A DNA stretch of 64,000 nt from Gammaproteobacteria bacterium (GTDB lineage Bacteria > Pseudomonadota > Gammaproteobacteria > CBDBNL01 > G965229495). This document shows positions 63,101-64,000 of this stretch, piece after piece. Position 1 is the stretch's first letter. Each line of letters starts with the position of its first letter. Where the stretch lies: assembly GCA_965229495.1 (NCBI GenBank), contig OZ245880.1, forward strand, positions 2,357,211-2,421,210. Reading direction: 5' to 3'. The translations under genes and the position numbers were made by a program. The notes under the pieces are model-generated. The model saw only the letters and a list, made by a program, of their open reading frames with translations. It made no database searches and had not been told where the DNA came from.

Positions 63101-64000
63101 CAGCGATAACAGCTCCGAGCTCTCCGACGAAGTTAGCTTCGCCTACGCTGCCAGCAGCGCCATCAGCTACCCATCGCCCAGCAGCAGCCAGGCCGCCACC
63201 GCTTGCTCAGGCGTCGACACTGGCGACCCAGTCAACGCCAATGAAAACTCAGCTTGCTACGACTACCTGCTCGGCGACGACGACTTCGGCGGTCCCCACG
63301 ATCAGGTGCCCTCGTATCTAGACCCGGCTAACGGTCGCGACTTTGAAGTAATCGCCTACTTCATCGAGTGGGGCATCTACGAACGCGATTTTCAGCCTGC
63401 CGATTTACCCGCCAACCTATTGAGTACGGCGTTGTTCTCCTTCGTTAAATTCAAAGGCGACGACGCCGCCGATCCGAATTGCGAGACTTGTAGTTTTACT
63501 GGTGAAGTCGACCTGGCTGATGGTTGGGCTTCCCTTAGCAAAAGCTACGCTACCGATGCCTGGTGCGATATAAATTATGAGGACTGGACTGTTGATAGTG
63601 CTTGCAAAGCTAACGGCATATTCAAACAATTCTGGCTGCTCAAGCAAAAATTCCCCCACCTGAAAACCTGCGTCTCGGTCGGCGGCTGGAGCTTCTCGCG
63701 TCCCTTCCCGCTAGTAGCAGAAGACGCCACCAAACGCGCGACTTTCGCTAAGTCCGTAGTCGATATGGTGGAGAAATACCACTTCGATTGCATCGATATC
63801 GACTGGGAGTTTCACGTCATCGGCGGCGGCGACTACGTAGTTACCGATGCTTCTGGCAACCCCAGCTACGACTACGACCTCGACGGCAATACCCCCTTCC
63901 TCGCGCCTTCGGCGAACGACGCGCAATACTTCGCCGATTTAATCCAGAAATTGAAAACAGAGATCGACGAACGCGGCCTCAGCATTGACATCAACTCGGC
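48069..64000 (+). CDS. Giant lipoprotein paralog, 3'-partial (>5310 aa): ChiN-like x6, cadherin-like x about 41, one ChiN-like module and a GH18 chitinase catalytic domain
   Basis: The ORF is not listed in the ORF track. The ATG at 48069 is followed by MPKLLLLLLTLALVAC|DSSS. The first 3.3 kb is nearly identical to 29207-32550. The track lists no ORF of 60 aa or more in this frame (start coordinate divisible by 3) anywhere in 48069-64000, which is expected only if the frame stays open to the window edge. I translated 62820-63998 by hand and found no stop codon. Confidence 0.85.
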   Translation, partial: MPKLLLLLLTLALVACDSSSVDTPVSSDAPQPNPVSITETSITDNQATVSWSASGPEPAEYWRLYQNNLLVCSANLDIDLSASDTNGDYQQSDACTLTLEEGENSVYVQLCNFFASGSSTCSSSSTEQIFYEAADPTPGAVSWQDLPSSTSATSINVTWLKEAGGNGDYWFVYHNDAQACTGDLSYTEDYVAQSADCVVNLDEGVNQLQAELCYDQPAGIQDLCTQSEVASVTLVLDPAKELATPVLDALDESDHYAAVDININWHKDTSVGSAGEDWSLYSNGAIVCEDQLAADATSASCTIQLTTGDNTLQIVLCTDVATYSGASCAQSNTLTVAALDPDPLDPGTPQITNVLPAETFDSTLALNWSIASGNGVQHWSVDLNGAEHCITSSPSEYYESGSCQLNLAVGLNTISVSGCNYGYADRSACSTSNDLILERISLPGSAELTSSLPTTTYDAEHSLSWVRSTGASAEYWFASVLSDFHDNQCNTELSAQTPQSDSCTIELSSGHNEVYVQTCVYNHNRSSSYCAESDSLFAELLAPIPTTPELSTESQSIADDSIEIRWSKSSGANGSYWGAINNGGATTCSDQPVITAGDGQSGFCDLPLTVGENLVSVRLCADNVAGTASCAESSTISITRLVASPEFTSLSSVAAEENSTAVFYTAVVEDNDSSAEQISFALSGGEDVDFFRLDSASGALAFQAAVDYEAPQDSDANNVYQLDITATDELGNSAQLELAVSLNNINDNPPALTTPLPTLTTAENDSSIIYTFTASDLDGDALSYSLDGADAQHFTLGTTSGALQFDHAPDYETPLDANQDNVYELAISVADGDYQSTEQLSISVSDSNDETPQATSASSIALALDSLVVGATVYTVTAIDTDADDQITYTLGGVDQQHFVLGASSGELAFSQLPSSIDNPQDADGDNIYEVIITLTDLGANSSDLNLSVSVVAIIGNAPEFAQATASVDFDENAVGTVYTASATDADGDALTYSIAGDDAEHFAIDAASGVLAFNSAPDHEQPTDSGFDNVYNLIIAAEDPLGNQAQQSLTVSVNDLNDNPPQFAASTAALDASENTTTITTITATDADSAAEHATLTYSLDSGSDLSLFTIDAANGALSFNSAPDYEHPHDSDLDNIYNVSIVATDGEYSASLGVSVVVEDSNDEAPQFTSAALVPLDYSTITLDATIYTATTSDADRNDLISYSLATSSDTEHFSLSASGALAFVQQPSLDNPQDADADNEYQITIVATDLGDNNSSLELAVRVVDDLGNAPEFASASASLSVDENNASSIYFAQATDADGDTLTYSINGVDSHLFTLDPASGALSFNQAPDYEQPTDSGADNTYDLTIAAEDPLGNRAQQSLAITVNNLNDNDPQFTLSSSTFAIPENTTAITTITATDADHATEATEALTYTLTTTTDSPLFTLDPASGALSFISAPDHEAPQDADTDNTYDLTLSVSDGANATSQAISVAVTNVNEAPTFAAASIDLEIDESSSGVIYSFAASDLDGDSLSYSLDGADAQHFAIDSASGALSFQQAADFESPRDADGDSVYTFSVVAADSDYSASQEVNLSVADSNDEAPQITSGTSVAVDYSVIVLGATIYAATATDADANDQIAYSLDGVDAEHFSINISNGGLSFAQQPSLDAPVDADGDNQYQIAIVATDLAANSSSLELTVNVIDDIGSPPQFATDTAAASFAENGVGIVYTAQATDVDGDVLTYSIAGTDAAHFAINAASGVITFNIAPNFEAPLDSGFDNNYELIVGAQDPVGNQGQQSLTVAVSNVNDNDPAFAEATISTTVAENSLAVASTSASDADGDDLTYALATSADAAHFTIDPSSGVIVFNSEPDYEEPQDSDGNNVYEFSVIASDGTYSGAQDFAVAIGDLNDEAPQFTSATSIAVEYDSVIVGFSSVILGAAVYTAQTADADAGDQVAYSLAGADAGHFNIDATSGALAFSASPSLESPQDADGDNEYQVSIVATDLAANSSSLDLSVHVADDIGSPPAFAAPSASLSIAENHSSVVYTALAVDPDADDSISYGVEGTDSALFTIDADSGELNFRNPPDYETPLDDGGDNTYDLTITAQDLVGNQGQQSLTITITNLNDTSPQFNLSSSTFTVPENTTAVTTISASDADGDDLTLALVDSGDYGLFSFDPASGALAFQQAPDHETPQDSDGDNAYELELSAFDGALSSSQSITVSVADVNEAPSFAEATMSVAVDENNDSIVYTATASDPEQATLIYSASGADADLFTIGSSGALAFNTPPDYEQALDSDTDNTYQLSIAASDGEYSTSQDLSIAVADVNEPPSFAAASVSLTTAENNLSFAYTVAAATDPDAGEQLSYQLSGDDQSAFSFDASTLRLVFAATPDYENPADQNSNNAYQVAIVASDSEYSASHSIAIAVADLNDEAPQFTSATSEAINYSDVVLGAAVYSAQATDADADDQITYALGGADQQHFALDAASGALAFAQSPSLDDPQDADGDNSYELIITASDQANNSSELDLSIIVVDDIGSAPQFASDSMSVGFDEETVGNVYNALAIDADVGDSVAYSLSGVDAEHFGIDATSGALTFNNPPDFEQPTDADSNNVYELVITATDSPVGNQSQQSLRVTVNNVNDNLPAFDLSADAFTVLENATAVTTVAATDVDGDTLTFALITSTDAAAFTLDPASGVLVFTSAPDFENPLDSNTDNTYELELSVFDGAHSTSQAITVAVANIDEAPSFAAATQDLSVNENTSGSIYTAQASDPEGAALAYSASGADAGLFTINNTNGELSFNSSPNFETPLDSDTNNVYQLTITASDGANQASQSIAVTVIDVNEPPAFASASVETSSVENNANFAYSVAAASDEDIGEQLTYQLSGDDSADFDLDAATHVLRFAANPDYERPADADGDNLYQFSVVASDGEYQASQEFNISVGDINDEAPQFTSLSSQTVNYTTAQVGAVIYTASATDADLGDQLSYALSGADAVLFTINSTSGELAFAQLPSLTEFQSAGGDITYQLVVVATDLGANSSELDLSVSLLDDTGNIPEFAAASASVDFDENAVGVVYSAQATDADGDVLAYSLSGADAEHFAIDATSGALEFISSPDHEQPADSNGDNVYDLAIVVTDSPVGNQAQQSLAVTVKNLNDNEPQFELSTSSFDVAENSRSVATITASDADNDSLTFALVASADSGLFTIGSASGALVFNLSPDFENAQDSDGDNVYQLELSVYDNAYSTKANISVAVTNVDEAPAFTVTSQDLPINENISGSFYQAQASDPEGATLTYSASGADASLFTLDSASGDLAFNSSPNFETPLDSDADNVYNLDITATDGANQASQALAITIADVNEAPSFTNTSVNLDTTENDSSFTHIVDAATDPDQDEQLTYALGGDDAAAFDFDAATRALAFKATPDYESPQDQDSNNVYQINIVASDSEYDAAQAITIAVADLNDEAPQFTSASSLALDYTGVVVGAIVYTAQATDADAGDSVVYTLGGADSSAFGFDSSSGALAFVQAPSLETPQDADANNIYQLSISATDLANNSSDLDLSISVVDDTGSAPTFDQASVSIDVDENVVGAVYTAQATDVDPGDSLSYSIDGADSTLFTIDPSSGELAFNQAPDYENPSDNGQNNTYDLSITATDAIGKQASQSLAIAINNLNDNPPQFALASSAFDVLENSTAVATIAATDPDGDDLTFSLTTTTDSNLITIDPTSGALSFNQAPDFETPQDANADNTYELELSVADGSHTTTQQITITVANVDEAPTFTSANESVSVNENNAAAIYQAQATDPEDATLAYSVSGADAGLFTINNISGDLAFKNPPSFESPLDQDANNVYELSITATDGANQASQAVAVTVDDVNEAPTFASASVNLDTDENAASFAHIVDAADDEDSGDQLTYQLGGDDAAAFDFDANTRSLTFQQSPDFENPADDDANNYYRVRITAADAEYSTTQDITITVADLNDEAPQFTSATSLTLDYTAIVVGTNIYTAAATDADANDQVSFTLGGADASHFVFDGSSGALAFVQAPSLETPQDADGDNSYELVITATDLGGNSTDLALSISVVDDTGSAPTFDQASVSIDVDENSPGTIYTAQATDADPGDTLSYSISGVDADLLIIGDNGDITFIYPPDYETPRDSGADNTYEITITATDSIGKQADQDLRITILNLNDNDPQFALASSAFDVAENTTAITTVAATDADGDSFSFALLSTADSSLFTLDPSSGVLSFNQAPDFENPADDNSDNTYELELSVDDGANTSSQAIAVTVTDVDEAPTFTSASESVSVNENASGAVYQAQATDPEDATLTYSASGTDAGLFTINNTSGELSFKQSPNFEQPTDQGANNTYELTITAADATNQASQSLTLTIADVNEAPTFASASVDLNAAENDSSFTHVVDAADDEDQGDQLTYQLGGDDAAAFDFDTATRSLSFKQAPDFETPEDQNTDNAYQITITASDGDLQATQAITVTVTDVDEAPSFTSASESVSVNENASGAVYQAQATDPEGATLTYSASGTDASLFTLDSTSGELSFKQSPNFEQPTDQGANNTYELTITAADASNQTSQALTITIADVNEAPSFASASVDLNAAENDSSFAHTVDAADDEDSGQTLAYSLSGNDASDFNFDTATRSLSFKQAPDFENPIDTDANNEYLVTITASDGELQDTQAITITVTNVEEDPYFHSTDDYVDSIAEDPATEGTASPVLVLHIQAADDEDDAAVKILYFTISGGVDSDKFILNAVDRNSANLSFDISPDFDNPHDSNLDNNYSLTIQVEDSDGDTAQHDLIVAVQAVNDEAPQLTSASSADVNENDTAVFYVATAEDADRSDWSDPDSSKHYQLNLDTLTFSLDSSNYPDSSFFAIDASSGELQAASGLDYENPQSSAQSNNYTVGIKVADQAGNSSTSAITITVIDDPDESEVIEIAESGPQIPWFYSDVAVGESIDIPWVIYSGDGAIAWTLYVNGNPVCSESASISDPATSGVCSVSSSNLTSGSILNNTAVSVTYSDNSSELSDEVSFAYAASSAISYPSPSSSQAATACSGVDTGDPVNANENSACYDYLLGDDDFGGPHDQVPSYLDPANGRDFEVIAYFIEWGIYERDFQPADLPANLLSTALFSFVKFKGDDAADPNCETCSFTGEVDLADGWASLSKSYATDAWCDINYEDWTVDSACKANGIFKQFWLLKQKFPHLKTCVSVGGWSFSRPFPLVAEDATKRATFAKSVVDMVEKYHFDCIDIDWEFHVIGGGDYVVTDASGNPSYDYDLDGNTPFLAPSANDAQYFADLIQKLKTEIDERGLSIDINS
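48165..49990 (+). other. Six ChiN-like four-Cys modules (near-identical copy of 29306-31136)
   Basis: Nucleotide alignment with the paralog shows only scattered substitutions. Confidence 0.5.
49995..62835 (+). repeat. About 41 tandem cadherin-like repeats
   Basis: I counted 41 boundary motifs, running from NNINDNPPAL (near 50300) through VVDDTGSAPTF (near 58725 and 60275) to QAVNDEAPQL (near 62470) and VIDDPDESE (near 62825). Confidence 0.8.
62870..63140 (+). other. ChiN-like module immediately upstream of the GH18 domain
   Basis: Hand translation gives IPWFYSDVAVGESIDIPWVIYSGDGAIAWTLYVNGNPVCSESASISDPATSGVCSVSSSNLTSGSILNNTAVSVTYSDNSSELSDEVSFAY. Confidence 0.45.
63342..64000 (+). other. Glycoside hydrolase family 18 (chitinase) catalytic domain; N-terminal part only, as it continues past the window
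   Basis: Hand translation gives FEVIAYFIEWGIYERDF...ALFSFVKF...KTCVSVGGWSFS (SxGG motif at 63675-63692)...VEKYHFDCIDIDWEF. The DxxDxDxE motif spans 63786-63809, with the catalytic Glu codon at 63807-63809. Confidence 0.8.

Overview
The window is about 64 kb, probably from a marine-type gammaproteobacterial chromosome. This is inferred from the proA-nadD-rsfS-rlmH gene order and the GC-rich housekeeping genes. About 54 kb is occupied by three giant, very acidic, repeat-built surface-protein genes, all on the + strand. (i) 3..20294 encodes 6763 aa: Ig-like modules, an FG-GAP-like propeller, PKD-like domains and an 8-blade PQQ/BamB-like propeller. (ii) 29207..47272 encodes 6021 aa: a lipoprotein signal (Cys16, Asp at +2), six four-Cys modules resembling the chitinase-A N-terminal domain (ChiN), 31 cadherin-like repeats, about 13 Cys-pair Fn3 modules, an AT-rich orphan module and DUF1566/Lcl-C-like domains. 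(iii) 48069..>64000 encodes more than 5310 aa. It is missing from the supplied ORF track because it has no stop codon in the window. It is a tandem paralog of (ii) with the same signal and ChiN-like head, about 41 cadherin-like repeats, then a ChiN-like module fused to a GH18 chitinase catalytic domain (SVGGWS, FDCIDIDWE). Between the giants sits a small housekeeping island: prmC on the - strand, and an orphan aapJ-like binding protein, proA, nadD, rsfS and rlmH on the + strand. There are also four clusters of a modular REP/BIME-like repeat family, all in the same orientation, whose hairpins show compensatory arm substitutions. The most notable candidate is the paralog pair of lipid-anchored cadherin stalks with interchangeable distal heads, one of them a ChiA-like chitinase. 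Further oddities: compositional mosaicism inside the giant ORFs, gene-conversion tracts between the paralogs, Gly-rich G-run insertions in prmC, a tandem duplication of the prmC 5' end, and G-depleted low-complexity tracts. No rRNA, tRNA, CRISPR array, transposase or phage gene was recognised. All domain calls come from motif recognition by eye, not from searches.
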